Shown in pieces: positions 21,102 to 30,040 of a stretch of DNA of 64,000 bases. The position numbers and the translations under genes were made by a program. How positions within the stretch are numbered: position 1 is the first letter of the stretch; every line of letters begins with the position of its first letter. The notes under the pieces are model-generated. The model did not search any database. It was not told the DNA's origin and worked only from the letters and a program-made list of their open reading frames with translations. This stretch comes from Longimicrobiales bacterium (lineage in GTDB: Bacteria; Gemmatimonadota; Gemmatimonadetes; Longimicrobiales; Gaopeijiaceae), in NCBI GenBank assembly GCA_965202985.1, contig CBDBCF010000001.1, forward strand, positions 768,001-832,000, in the 5' to 3' direction.

Positions 21102-22238
21102 ATGGACCAAACCCGCTGCGAACCCCGACCCGCCGACGCCCCCGATGCTTCCCGCCCGCCCGACGACGACTCTGGGGACGCCCCGGACCAGGACGACCCT
21201 CTCGAACGGCAACCCCGTCGCCACGACCAGACCTACAAGGACGTCTTCGCCCACGACGTGGCCATCCGGTCGCTGATCCGCGACTTCCTGGCCGCCGATT
21301 GGCACCAGCACTTAGACCTCGACACCGCCGAACGTCTCCCCACCGAAACAATCGCCCCCGACATGAGGCGCAGGCTCCCCGATCTCGCCGTCCAAGTCCG
21401 GCGCAAGGACAGCGACGCTTCCGTCGTCTTCCTCGTCGAATTCCAGGCCTCCCACGACCCCGACATGGTGCTGCGCACCAGCGAGTACGCCCTTGGGATG
21501 GTCGCGGCACTGCGCGCCAACCGGAACAAGCTCGATCCCGACGGCTCCGTGCCCGCCGTCCTCGCCCGCGTCCTCTACACCGGCCCCAGGCCCTGGACCG
21601 CCGCGACCAGCTTGGCCGCCCTGCTCCGCACGCCGGAGCTGCCCGCAGCGGCCCGGGCCGGCCCCGGCCTCGGCGCGCTCGGCCACGTCGTGCTTGACTT
21701 GCAGGCGGCGTCGGCGCAAGACTTGCTCTCGGAGGACTCGATGCTGGGCTGGCTGGGCGCGATGGAACGAGAGCCGTGGGACGCCTTTGGGCGGGTGCTG
21801 GCCTCGTTGGCCAAGCAGCGGGCCGGAGCGGAGTGGCTGTCGTTCCGGAGTGCGTTCGCCGATTGGACGGACGAGCGGTTGCGCGCAGGGGGCATGCCCG
21901 AGGCGGAAAGACGGGGCGTCCGCCAGCAGATCATCCAACCTAGGGAGGTAGCGGAGATGAGTCAGACGTATGCGGAGTGGAAAGAAGAACAGCGGCGGAA
22001 GGGGATCGAGCAAGGGATCGAGCAGGGGATCGAGCAGGGGATGGAACGGGGCATGGAGAAGCTGGTGCTTCGTCTGGCGGCGCGGAAGTTCGGGGCAAAG
22101 ACGGCGAAGAGTCTCGAGGGGCTGGTGGGAGCGATGGGTCCCGAGCAGGTGGTCCAAGTGGGCGACGCCTTGGTGGACTGCGACACGGGGGACGAACTGC
22201 TGGCCCAGGCGGCCAACGGTGCTTCCGTCGCCCGATAG
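21102..22238 (+). CDS. Rpn family (YhgA-like/transposase_31) PD-(D/E)XK nuclease
   Basis: HDQTYKDVF, RLPDL, LVEFQ, MVLR, LYTGPRPW; C-terminal EQG repeats; start uncertain. Confidence 0.87.
   Translation: MDQTRCEPRPADAPDASRPPDDDSGDAPDQDDPLERQPRRHDQTYKDVFAHDVAIRSLIRDFLAADWHQHLDLDTAERLPTETIAPDMRRRLPDLAVQVRRKDSDASVVFLVEFQASHDPDMVLRTSEYALGMVAALRANRNKLDPDGSVPAVLARVLYTGPRPWTAATSLAALLRTPELPAAARAGPGLGALGHVVLDLQAASAQDLLSEDSMLGWLGAMEREPWDAFGRVLASLAKQRAGAEWLSFRSAFADWTDERLRAGGMPEAERRGVRQQIIQPREVAEMSQTYAEWKEEQRRKGIEQGIEQGIEQGMERGMEKLVLRLAARKFGAKTAKSLEGLVGAMGPEQVVQVGDALVDCDTGDELLAQAANGASVAR
22001..22058 (+). repeat. 12-bp tandem repeats encoding GIEQ-GIEQ-GIEQ-GMER-GME
   Basis: gggatcgagca(a/g) x3 followed by degenerate copies. 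Confidence 0.85.
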
Positions 22239-22243
22239 CCGCT

Positions 22244-22285
22244 GGCTCCCCTATCCCCCTGGGCACTTGGGGGGCTAGGGGAGCC
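22244..22285. terminator. Hairpin between convergent Rpn and lysJ
   Basis: GGCTCCCCTA...TAGGGGAGCC perfect 10-bp arms plus an inner C/G stem; no U-tract. Confidence 0.5.
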
Positions 22286-23462
22286 CGGTGTCCACTTCCA
22301 GCGTTTCGGTCAGCGCCTCGGCCACCTGGGCCACCTGCTGCTCGGTGACGACCAAAGGGGGAAGCAGGCGGATCACGGCGGCGCCCGCCGGCAGGGCCAG
22401 TACGCCGCGGCGCGCCAGAGCGTCCAGGTAGGGCCGGCACCGCTCGCGCAGCTCGATGCCGATCATGAGCCCGATCTGGCGCACGGAGCGGACTCGGCGC
22501 GGCAACGGATCGGAGAAGCGCTCGCGAAAGAAGGCCCCCAGACTGCGGGCGCGACCAGCCAAGTCGTGTTCCTCCATGAAACGGATGGCGGCCAGCGCCG
22601 CCGAGCACGCCAGAGGGCTTCCCGCCGAAGTGGTGCCGTGCAGGGATGTTGCGGGCGGGACCTTGCCGTTGGCCAGCACGGCGCCCAGCGGCAGGCCGCC
22701 GCCGACCGCCTTGGCCAAGCACAACACGTCCGGCGTCACGCCGTAGTGCTCGCACGCGAACATGCGGCCCGTGCGGCAGAACCCGGTCTGCACTTCGTCC
22801 AGGATCATCAGGGCGCCGGCCTCGTCGCACGTCTCGCGCACCGCCCGCAAATAGCCCCTGCCCGGCAGCCGGACGCCGCCTTCGCCCTGCACCGGCTCCA
22901 GCAGCACAGCAGCCACGCCGCCGTCCGCCTCTCCGCCGGCCAGCACGGCCGCCCGCAGCTTGGCCGCGTCGTCGAACGGCACGAACGACACGCCGGGGAC
23001 CAGCGGCGCGAACGGCTCCCGGTACTTCTTGTTGAAGGTTGCACTCAGCGCGCCCATGGTGCGTCCGTGGAAACCGCGCACGGCCGCCACCACGCGCATC
23101 CGCCCCGTGGCCAACCGGGCGAACTTGATCGCCGCCTCGACGGCCTCGGCGCCCGAGTTGCAGAGAAAGGCGCGCGTCAATCCGTCCGGCGCTAGCGACG
23201 TCAGCTTCTCCAGCAGGCGCGCCCGCCGATCGTTGTGAAAGATGCCGGGGCACACCGTCAGCGTCCGGGCCTGCTCCGCCACAGCTCGCGCGACCTCCGG
23301 GTTGGCGTGCCCCACGTTGGCCGTGCCGATCCCGCCCACGCAATCGATGTAGCGTCGCCCCTGGTCGTCCTCTACTTCCGCGCCGTCACCGCGCACCAGC
23401 GTGATTCCCCGCTGCGGATAGACGTGGAGTGCACAACGTTCTTCGGTCTCGCGAGCGTTCAC
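22275..23462 (-). CDS. lysJ: [LysW]-aminoadipate/glutamate semialdehyde transaminase (class III PLP)
   Basis: NSGAEAVEAAIK, FHGRTMG, EPVQGEGG, DEVQTG, LAKAVGGG; lysW context. Confidence 0.9.
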   Translation of the reverse strand: MNARETEERCALHVYPQRGITLVRGDGAEVEDDQGRRYIDCVGGIGTANVGHANPEVARAVAEQARTLTVCPGIFHNDRRARLLEKLTSLAPDGLTRAFLCNSGAEAVEAAIKFARLATGRMRVVAAVRGFHGRTMGALSATFNKKYREPFAPLVPGVSFVPFDDAAKLRAAVLAGGEADGGVAAVLLEPVQGEGGVRLPGRGYLRAVRETCDEAGALMILDEVQTGFCRTGRMFACEHYGVTPDVLCLAKAVGGGLPLGAVLANGKVPPATSLHGTTSAGSPLACSAALAAIRFMEEHDLAGRARSLGAFFRERFSDPLPRRVRSVRQIGLMIGIELRERCRPYLDALARRGVLALPAGAAVIRLLPPLVVTEQQVAQVAEALTETLEVDTGLP

Positions 23463-23494
23463 GCATTCGCTGGCGCTCGACGGGTCGCCGACGG

Positions 23495-24289
23495 TCAAGC
23501 GATCACCGTGCCCTTGCCGGCCAAGGCTCGCCGCACCGGATCGTCCACGCGGCCGTCGGCCAGCACCACCTGGGCATCGGACCGAGCCGCCAACCGCTTG
23601 AGTGCGAGCATCTTGCGCTTCATGCGGCCCGCAGCCTCCGCCTCGCGTCGCGCCACGTCTTCGGCCGTCATGCGCGGCACCACGGAAGCGGGGTCGTCCG
23701 GGTCGTCCAGAAAGCCCGGCGCTTCGATCAGCTGCACAACGAGCTTCGGCTTCAGCACTTGGTCCAGCAAGCAGACGATGTCGTCGTTCTCGGAGTTGAC
23801 GGCTGTCCCGTGCTCGTCCACGATCGGCACCGTCAGCACGGGGGTGAAGTCGTTCTCCAAGAGGTACGACAGCAGCTTGCGGTTGACGGCCAGCGGCTTT
23901 CCCGACAGGTCGCGCTTGACCAGCACCTTGTCGCCTTGGCGAATGCGCATTCCTCGGTTGCGCCGGCCGCGCACCATCGCCCCGTCCAAGCCCGTCATCC
24001 CGACGGCGTTGACGCCCTGTCCCTGCAACAGCTCCACGATACGCTTGTTGCGCAGGCCCGCATACGCCATCAGCAGCAAGTCGATCGCCTCCTTGTCGGA
24101 GTACACGCTGTCGTAGCCCGACACGGACGTGATCACTTGCTTCTCGATCCCCAGACGGCGGCCCAGCGCGTCCCGAAGAGCGTTGGCGCCGTGGACGACC
24201 ACCACCTGCTCGTCGTCCAGAGTTGCGATGCCGGCGGCGATCCCCGGCAGGTTCAGCGTTTCGCCGCCGCCGATCTTGATCAGCAGCAT
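23495..24289 (-). CDS. lysZ: [LysW]-aminoadipate/glutamate kinase
   Basis: MLLIKIGGG, VVHGA, SVSGYDSVYSD, GRMKRK. Confidence 0.9.
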   Translation of the reverse strand: MLLIKIGGGETLNLPGIAAGIATLDDEQVVVVHGANALRDALGRRLGIEKQVITSVSGYDSVYSDKEAIDLLLMAYAGLRNKRIVELLQGQGVNAVGMTGLDGAMVRGRRNRGMRIRQGDKVLVKRDLSGKPLAVNRKLLSYLLENDFTPVLTVPIVDEHGTAVNSENDDIVCLLDQVLKPKLVVQLIEAPGFLDDPDDPASVVPRMTAEDVARREAEAAGRMKRKMLALKRLAARSDAQVVLADGRVDDPVRRALAGKGTVIA

Positions 24290-25005
24290 GTCGCGCCCGC
24301 CTCGAACGTTTGCATCGTGCCGTTGGGAACGGGCGTCCACTGCGCCGCGCCGAAGTCGGCCGAATAGGGCTGCGAGCACACGACCTGCACGTCGCCCACG
24401 CGCCCCTTGTGCATCTGGAAGTAGTCCGGCGCCTCGTTGAAACGGCTGGCCACGTGAATCCGCGACGGCTCGGCAACGACGATGTTCATCGCACGAACAT
24501 AGCGCGTGCGCCGCTCGATGGCGGCCACGCCCCTGGCCAAGGCTGGACCCAAGTCGTCCCGGCACGTGCCCAAGTCCGCCCGATGCTCGCCCCGGCCACC
24601 CTGACCCGCGCCCCGCGCTCCCTCGAAGCGCAGCACGGTGTTGAATATCTTTTCTGCCCCGGTGCGACCCCGTTCGCTCATGCGCACGCCCCGGAGCTCG
24701 CCGTTGAAGGCGAAGACGCGCTCGCCGTTTCGGAAGGGCATGTTGTTCTCGACGACGATCCCTTCGTCGCGGAAGGCGCTGCGGGCGTGGGCCAGAAGCA
24801 GCGTGGTGCGAGCGGCAGGCCGGTTCCGGTCCTGCCAGATCGGCGAGATGTTACGGTAGACGCGCCAACAACCGTCCTCCCGCCAAGCGCAGCCCCAGCC
24901 GTGGCCTTGGTATTCGGGGCTGCTCTCCGCAATCGACGCAAGGGCGGCCAAGTGCGGCGCCGCGTCGAACTGGGCAGAGGCGTGGGCGCACAGGATTCGG
25001 CACAC
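24280..25005 (-). CDS. Class II glutamine amidotransferase-like Ntn hydrolase (EgtC/YafJ/DUG3 type)
   Basis: GTG start giving M-C-RIL (Cys2 nucleophile); HGWG, LAHARSA, NNMPF, FAFNG. Confidence 0.82.
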   Translation of the reverse strand: MCRILCAHASAQFDAAPHLAALASIAESSPEYQGHGWGCAWREDGCWRVYRNISPIWQDRNRPAARTTLLLAHARSAFRDEGIVVENNMPFRNGERVFAFNGELRGVRMSERGRTGAEKIFNTVLRFEGARGAGQGGRGEHRADLGTCRDDLGPALARGVAAIERRTRYVRAMNIVVAEPSRIHVASRFNEAPDYFQMHKGRVGDVQVVCSQPYSADFGAAQWTPVPNGTMQTFEAGATCC

Positions 25006-25040
25006 GAGCGGTCGCTTCGGCTGGAGACGGCGGGCCGGCG

Positions 25041-26924
25041 TCAGCCGTCCGGCGCACCCCTGGCGGGCAACGCGATCCCGTCGCCGGTCTTGAAGAGGGG
25101 TGGTATCGCGGTGGGCGTCCGTCCCGACACGGCGAATTCGCCGAAGAGCGCCCCGGCAGCCGCGACTTGGCTGGCTTCGGAGCCGCTCCACGCCAGCATG
25201 TACGCTCGCACGTCCGGGAAGTTGGACACCAAGTACGGGTTTCCGAAGGACACGACCACATGGGGCACGCCGGCAACGCCCAGCTCCTTCACGAACTCGT
25301 CGAAGCGGCCGGGGACCGCGACCGATCCCTCGTAGGACACGGCCCTGACGTGAACGCCGACCACCACCAGCTGCTGGCGCCGGGCCGCGACGGCCAAGGA
25401 GTCGTAGACGACCGACGGCGTCTCCTCGTCCAAGGCGGCGGTGCGCAGGCGCGGATAGACGTCCCGCAAACGGCGGTCGAAGCGGCGTCCGGCCAGCACG
25501 TCGGTGGGCCGGCGAAAGCTGATCGACATGACCCGGGCGCTTCGCGTGCCCCGGAGCGGCAGCAGCCCGCGATCGTTCTTGAGAAGGGTGATCGACCGGC
25601 GGGCGACCTGTTCCGCCACTTCGCGGTGGGCCGGAACGCCGACCTTTTCGCGCACCTTCTCCACGGCCACGGTGCGCCCTGCGTGCAGCCCCGCCGCCTC
25701 CTTGGCCTGCAGGAGCCGTCTCACGGACTGATCCAAGCGCGCCTGGGAGATGCGGCCCGACCGGACCGCTCCCGCGATGCCGGCCGCGACCCGCTCCGGC
25801 GAAGGCGGCATGAGGACCACGTCGGCGCCGGCTTCCAGTGCGCGGATCGCGGCCTCCGGAGCGCTGAACCGTCGGGATATGGCGTGCATGTCCATGGCGT
25901 CGGTGAACAGGAGCCCCTGGAAGCCCATCTCTTCGCGCAGCAGGTCAGTCATGATCGGGGAAGACAGGGTGGACGGCGCGTTCCCGCCTCCGGCCAGCGC
26001 CGGCACCGCAACGTGGGCCGTCATGACGCCTCCCATGCCGGCCGCCAGCGCCGCTCGGAATGGACGGAGTTCGACCGCGTCCAAACGTTCGCGGCCATGC
26101 CGGATCAAGGGAAGCTCCAAGTGGGAGTCGGCGTCGGTGTCGCCGTGTCCGGGGAAGTGCTTGCCTGTGGCGATCGCCCCGTGGTCCTGAATGCCCCGCA
26201 CCAGCGCGGCGCCCAACCTTGCCACCTGTTCGGGGTCTGCGCCGAACGACCGGACGTTGATGATCGGGTTGGCGGGGTTGTTGTTGACGTCCAGCACGGG
26301 CGCGAAGGGAACGTGAATGCCTACCGCGCGCGCCTCCAGCGCCGTGATGCGCCCCATTTCGTAGACAAGCTCCTCGTCCCCCGCCGCGCCCGCGGCCATG
26401 AGCGACGGAAAGCTGGTGGCGCCCCCCAAGTCCACGGCGCCCGGCATGTAGACGGCGCCGCGCAGCCGGAAGCCGGCGCCCGCCTCCAGGTCGGCCCCGA
26501 CCAGCAGGGGCACCTTGGCGTGACGCTGGAGGTGATTGAGCTTGGCGGCCACCTCCGTGGGCGAGCCCACCGACACGACCACGCCGCCGATGCCGATCTC
26601 GCGCACATAGCCCAGGATCCGCTCGTCGTCCTCGTCGCCCTTCGCCACGAAGTCGCCGAGGATCCAAGGCATGACGAGCTGTCCGGCCTTCTCCTCCAGC
26701 GTCAATCTGGCCAGCGTGCGGTCCGCCCAGGCCGACGGCCCCTCCCAGAACGGGCCCACCGGGACGGGAGCGGAGCCGGCGGCCGACGAGTTCGCGGACG
26801 CCGTCTGGGCTTCGGTCTCGAACGCGGACGGCGAGCAGGAAGCGAACGCCAGCCCAGCGACGACCACTAACGCCGCGACGACCGCCGGCGCCGGCGCACC
26901 CGGAGGGGACCAGTGGCGGAACAT
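25041..26924 (-). CDS. Glycoside hydrolase family 3 (beta-N-acetylhexosaminidase-like) lipoprotein
   Basis: Lipobox FASC; APVLDVN, RSFG, KHFPGHGDTDADSH, TDAMDM. Confidence 0.92.
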   Translation of the reverse strand: MFRHWSPPGAPAPAVVAALVVVAGLAFASCSPSAFETEAQTASANSSAAGSAPVPVGPFWEGPSAWADRTLARLTLEEKAGQLVMPWILGDFVAKGDEDDERILGYVREIGIGGVVVSVGSPTEVAAKLNHLQRHAKVPLLVGADLEAGAGFRLRGAVYMPGAVDLGGATSFPSLMAAGAAGDEELVYEMGRITALEARAVGIHVPFAPVLDVNNNPANPIINVRSFGADPEQVARLGAALVRGIQDHGAIATGKHFPGHGDTDADSHLELPLIRHGRERLDAVELRPFRAALAAGMGGVMTAHVAVPALAGGGNAPSTLSSPIMTDLLREEMGFQGLLFTDAMDMHAISRRFSAPEAAIRALEAGADVVLMPPSPERVAAGIAGAVRSGRISQARLDQSVRRLLQAKEAAGLHAGRTVAVEKVREKVGVPAHREVAEQVARRSITLLKNDRGLLPLRGTRSARVMSISFRRPTDVLAGRRFDRRLRDVYPRLRTAALDEETPSVVYDSLAVAARRQQLVVVGVHVRAVSYEGSVAVPGRFDEFVKELGVAGVPHVVVSFGNPYLVSNFPDVRAYMLAWSGSEASQVAAAGALFGEFAVSGRTPTAIPPLFKTGDGIALPARGAPDG

Positions 26925-26946
26925 GCAAGACAGCCGCGGGCTTTGC

Positions 26947-27620
26947 CTAGTTCGCGAGTCGGGTCAGCAACTTCGCGACCGTGTCGCACTCGATGACAGC
27001 GTCCGCTGCCGCGTCCAGCTCGTCGCGTCCGTCCAAATCGCCGATCAGGCCCGACAGCTGCACGGCCGCGTCCGCGCCGAACTTCTTGGCCACCAGGCGC
27101 TCCAAGACGGTTCTGGATCCCTCCCGGTGCCCCTTTCGGCGGCCCTCGGCCCGCAGTCTTGCCATCTCTTCTTCGATCTGCGTGTACATGTCCCTCGCCT
27201 CCGTCAAGTTGGTGATCTTCGACGGTTCCTCTTCCGAACGTCCCCACTGCCGCGCCGCGCCCAACGCCCACAGCGCGAACGCCTCCGGGATCCCGGCGTG
27301 CTCGGGACCCGGGTACGCCTCCAGCACCTCGTCCAGCACGGTCCAGACCTTCGTCGTGCCGCCGTCCCGCTCGAGCTCCCCTCAACCAAGTCAGGATGCG
27401 CCGCTTCCGCAAGCTTCGCCCGGGCAGGGCGCGCATGTCAAGCACTTGGTAGGGCAGCCGGACCGAGAGGTCGCGGAGCTGGGGGCAGCGTGGGCGAGAT
27501 CAGGTCGGCGATGTCGAGGAGGGCGTCCCAAGGACGGGGGCCGTTGTGGACGACGCAGACGACGACGGGGGGCGGCCGATGGGCGGCGCTGGACGGCATC
27601 TCGCGGATCAGGTTCTCGCG
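26947..27620 (-). pseudogene. 5'-truncated, frameshifted Rpn family gene
   Basis: Three fragments in different frames resemble the intact Rpn: VVHNGPRPWDA / YQVLDMRAL...ILTWL / AFALW...VAKKFGADAA...IECDT. Confidence 0.8.
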
Positions 27621-27737
27621 CTCCGGGCCCAGGGGAATGGCCGGGCCGGAAGCAAGACGCACCCGGAAACTGGGCGTTTGGATAGCTGGATCGGCCTCAC
27701 TTTCGGGCCGGAGCGAACGACCCCGTTTGGCGGCCCT

Positions 27738-28796
27738 CTACGCCGGATGCAGCCCCCGGAACTCCAGTCCATCGGTCTCGGCGAATCCGTGCATGACGTT
27801 GAATGCGTGCACGGCTTGGCCCGCGGCTCCCTTCGTCAGGTTGTCCAAGGCGCTCACGACCACGACCCTCGCGGAGTGCGGATCGCGTTCGAACCCCACG
27901 TCGCAGTAGTTGGTTCCGGCCAGGAGCTTGGGGTCCGGGTAGCGGTGAATGCCGCTTCGCTCCTTGACGATGCGCACGAAGGGCTCGTCCCCGTAGGCGT
28001 TCCGGTAAATCCTCCACAGGGCCTTGTCGTCCAGCGATCGGTTCAGGAAGACGTGGCACGTGGCCAGCACGCCGCGCACCATCTCGATCGACGTGGCGGA
28101 AAAGTGAACGCCGCCGGAAAGCGCGTCCGCGGCAGGTGCGCCGCCCATCGCCGCCAGCCCCTGCACGATCTCCGCGGTGTGCCGGTGTCCGGTGGGCTTG
28201 TACGACCGCACGGCGCCGCTTCGCTCGGGGTGGTGGCTGGCCGGGCCGGCGCCGGCGCCGCCCTCGCTGGAGCCCACCTTGACGTCAATGATCGCCGAGT
28301 CGGCGACGCCCTCCATGCACAAGGGCGTCAGCGCCAAGAGGGAGGCGGTGGCGTTGCATCCGGCGCACGCCACCAGATCGGCGTCCCGAAGTCGCTCGCG
28401 GCCCAGCTCCGGGATGCCGTAGACGAAGCGACCGAGCAAGTCGGGCCGGGGATGGACTCGCCCGTACCACCGCTCGTAGGCGCGCCCGTCGCGGAGGCGA
28501 AAGTCGGCGCTCAGGTCCACGATTCGCGACGCTGCCCCGCGCAAGTCGTCGATGCGACCCGACGACTGGCCGTGGGGCAGGCACAAGAACAGCACGTCGC
28601 ACGCCGACAGGTCGTCCAGCGAGCAAAACTTGAGGCGCGTGCTCCCCCGCAGGTTCGGGTGCGGGCTGTGGACGAACTTGCCCGCCAGGCGCTCCGACGT
28701 GACCTGCTGCACTTGCGCCCGGGGATGGCCCAGAAGCAGGCGCAGCAGTTCGCCCCCGACGTAGCCCGATCCGCCGGCCACCGAGACGCGGATCAC
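27738..28796 (-). CDS. lysY: [LysW]-phosphate reductase (ArgC-like)
   Basis: GGSGYVGGE, CLPHG, DLSADFR, AGCNATA, SHHPER, DNLTKGAAGQA. Confidence 0.92.
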   Translation of the reverse strand: MIRVSVAGGSGYVGGELLRLLLGHPRAQVQQVTSERLAGKFVHSPHPNLRGSTRLKFCSLDDLSACDVLFLCLPHGQSSGRIDDLRGAASRIVDLSADFRLRDGRAYERWYGRVHPRPDLLGRFVYGIPELGRERLRDADLVACAGCNATASLLALTPLCMEGVADSAIIDVKVGSSEGGAGAGPASHHPERSGAVRSYKPTGHRHTAEIVQGLAAMGGAPAADALSGGVHFSATSIEMVRGVLATCHVFLNRSLDDKALWRIYRNAYGDEPFVRIVKERSGIHRYPDPKLLAGTNYCDVGFERDPHSARVVVVSALDNLTKGAAGQAVHAFNVMHGFAETDGLEFRGLHPA

Positions 28797-28800
28797 GGGA

Positions 28801-29655
28801 TCACGGCGCCCGCGACGTCCCTTGCGGTCCCGACAGCACGTGGGAAACAACCTTGCCGGGGATGTTCACGCCGGTCACGTCGATGCTGTTCTTGAACTCC
28901 ATCGTGTAGTTGACCTCGTTTACCAAGAGGCCGTCGGGCGTCTCAAAGAGATCGACGGCCAGCACGCCCCCGCCCACGGCTTCGGCGGCGCGCAGCGACA
29001 TCTCCGCCAGCTCCGCCGTCACGGGGCAGTTGGAGGCGCGGCCGCCTCGGGCCGTGTTGGTGATCCAGTGTTCGGAGGTGCGGTAGACGGCAGCCACGCA
29101 CTCGTCTCCGACCACGAAGCTGCGGATGTCGCGCCCGTCCTTGTGCACGTACTTCTGCACGAAGAAGATCGAGTGGTGATAGCTGCCCAGGATCGACTTG
29201 TGCTCCAGGACGGTCTCGGCGGCGTCGCGGTCGTTGACCTTGGACAGGAGCCGGCCCCACGAGCCGACGGCCGGCTTCAGCACCACGGGGTACCCGAGCT
29301 GCTCGATCGCGTCCAGCGCCGAGGCCGGCGTGAACGCCACGCGCGCCGCCGGCTGAGGCACGCCGCACTCCTGCAACGCAACAGCGGTGAGCATCTTGTC
29401 GCCGCAGCGCCGAGCCACTTCGTAGGCGTTGACGCAGCGCACGCCGGCGCTCTCGAAGAAGCGCAGGGCGTGGAGCGCCCGAGAGTGGTTGATCGAGCGC
29501 TCCAGAACCACGTCCACCTCCGGGCCGGAGCGCAGGTCGAACACCAACCTGCGATCGTCCAGGAACACGAGATCCGCTTCGGGCCGCTTGCGCAACTCCT
29601 CGATCAGCAGCTTTTCGTCTCTGCGGACCAAGGAGTGGAGGAATCCGACCTTCAC
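28801..29655 (-). CDS. lysX: ATP-grasp LysW ligase LysX/ArgX
   Basis: [36 protein letters not shown]. Confidence 0.93.
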   Translation of the reverse strand: MKVGFLHSLVRRDEKLLIEELRKRPEADLVFLDDRRLVFDLRSGPEVDVVLERSINHSRALHALRFFESAGVRCVNAYEVARRCGDKMLTAVALQECGVPQPAARVAFTPASALDAIEQLGYPVVLKPAVGSWGRLLSKVNDRDAAETVLEHKSILGSYHHSIFFVQKYVHKDGRDIRSFVVGDECVAAVYRTSEHWITNTARGGRASNCPVTAELAEMSLRAAEAVGGGVLAVDLFETPDGLLVNEVNYTMEFKNSIDVTGVNIPGKVVSHVLSGPQGTSRAP

Positions 29656-29731
29656 TCCAACACGCCGGCGGATGCGCACGGGCCGGTGCACTCGGACCGT
29701 CCCGCACAGGGCCGTCCGATCCCTGCCGGCG

Positions 29732-29896
29732 TCACTCGCCCCAGTCCTCTTCCGCCTCCGGGGCTTCGGCCAGGACGACGGGCGCCAAGCCCAAGATCTC
29801 CAGCTCGGTCGCACACTCGGAGCACTCGAGGAGCTCCCCTTCCACCGGGTCGGCGGGCAGCTCCACTTCTCCAGCGCAGATCGGACACTCGTTCAT
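29732..29896 (-). CDS. lysW: Amino-group carrier protein LysW
   Basis: CPIC...CSEC zinc ribbon, acidic, C-terminal EEDWGE. Confidence 0.95.
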   Translation of the reverse strand: MNECPICAGEVELPADPVEGELLECSECATELEILGLAPVVLAEAPEAEEDWGE

Positions 29897-30040
29897 TGTT
29901 GGCTTTCGCCCCTGCTGCAAGGTTGCGACGCGGGCGGACGACTGTCCGAGCACCTGGAACCGGGCCAGCGATGCGCAATCTACCGGATTCGGCCGGGAAC
30001 GGAAGGCCGACCCCGGGGGATCGCCCGCCGTCGCGCGCGG

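Noticed and set aside
22001..22058. Short repeats as a possible CRISPR array
   Set aside because: 12-bp coding repeats without spacers, typical of Rpn C-termini; no cas genes in the window.
21102..22238. Rpn as an IS transposase
   Set aside because: No terminal IRs or target duplication seen; the family is a PD-(D/E)XK nuclease without demonstrated transposition.
29897..30040. Possible lysine riboswitch or attenuator before lysW
   Set aside because: No recognisable aptamer motifs and no Lys/Arg-rich leader peptide.
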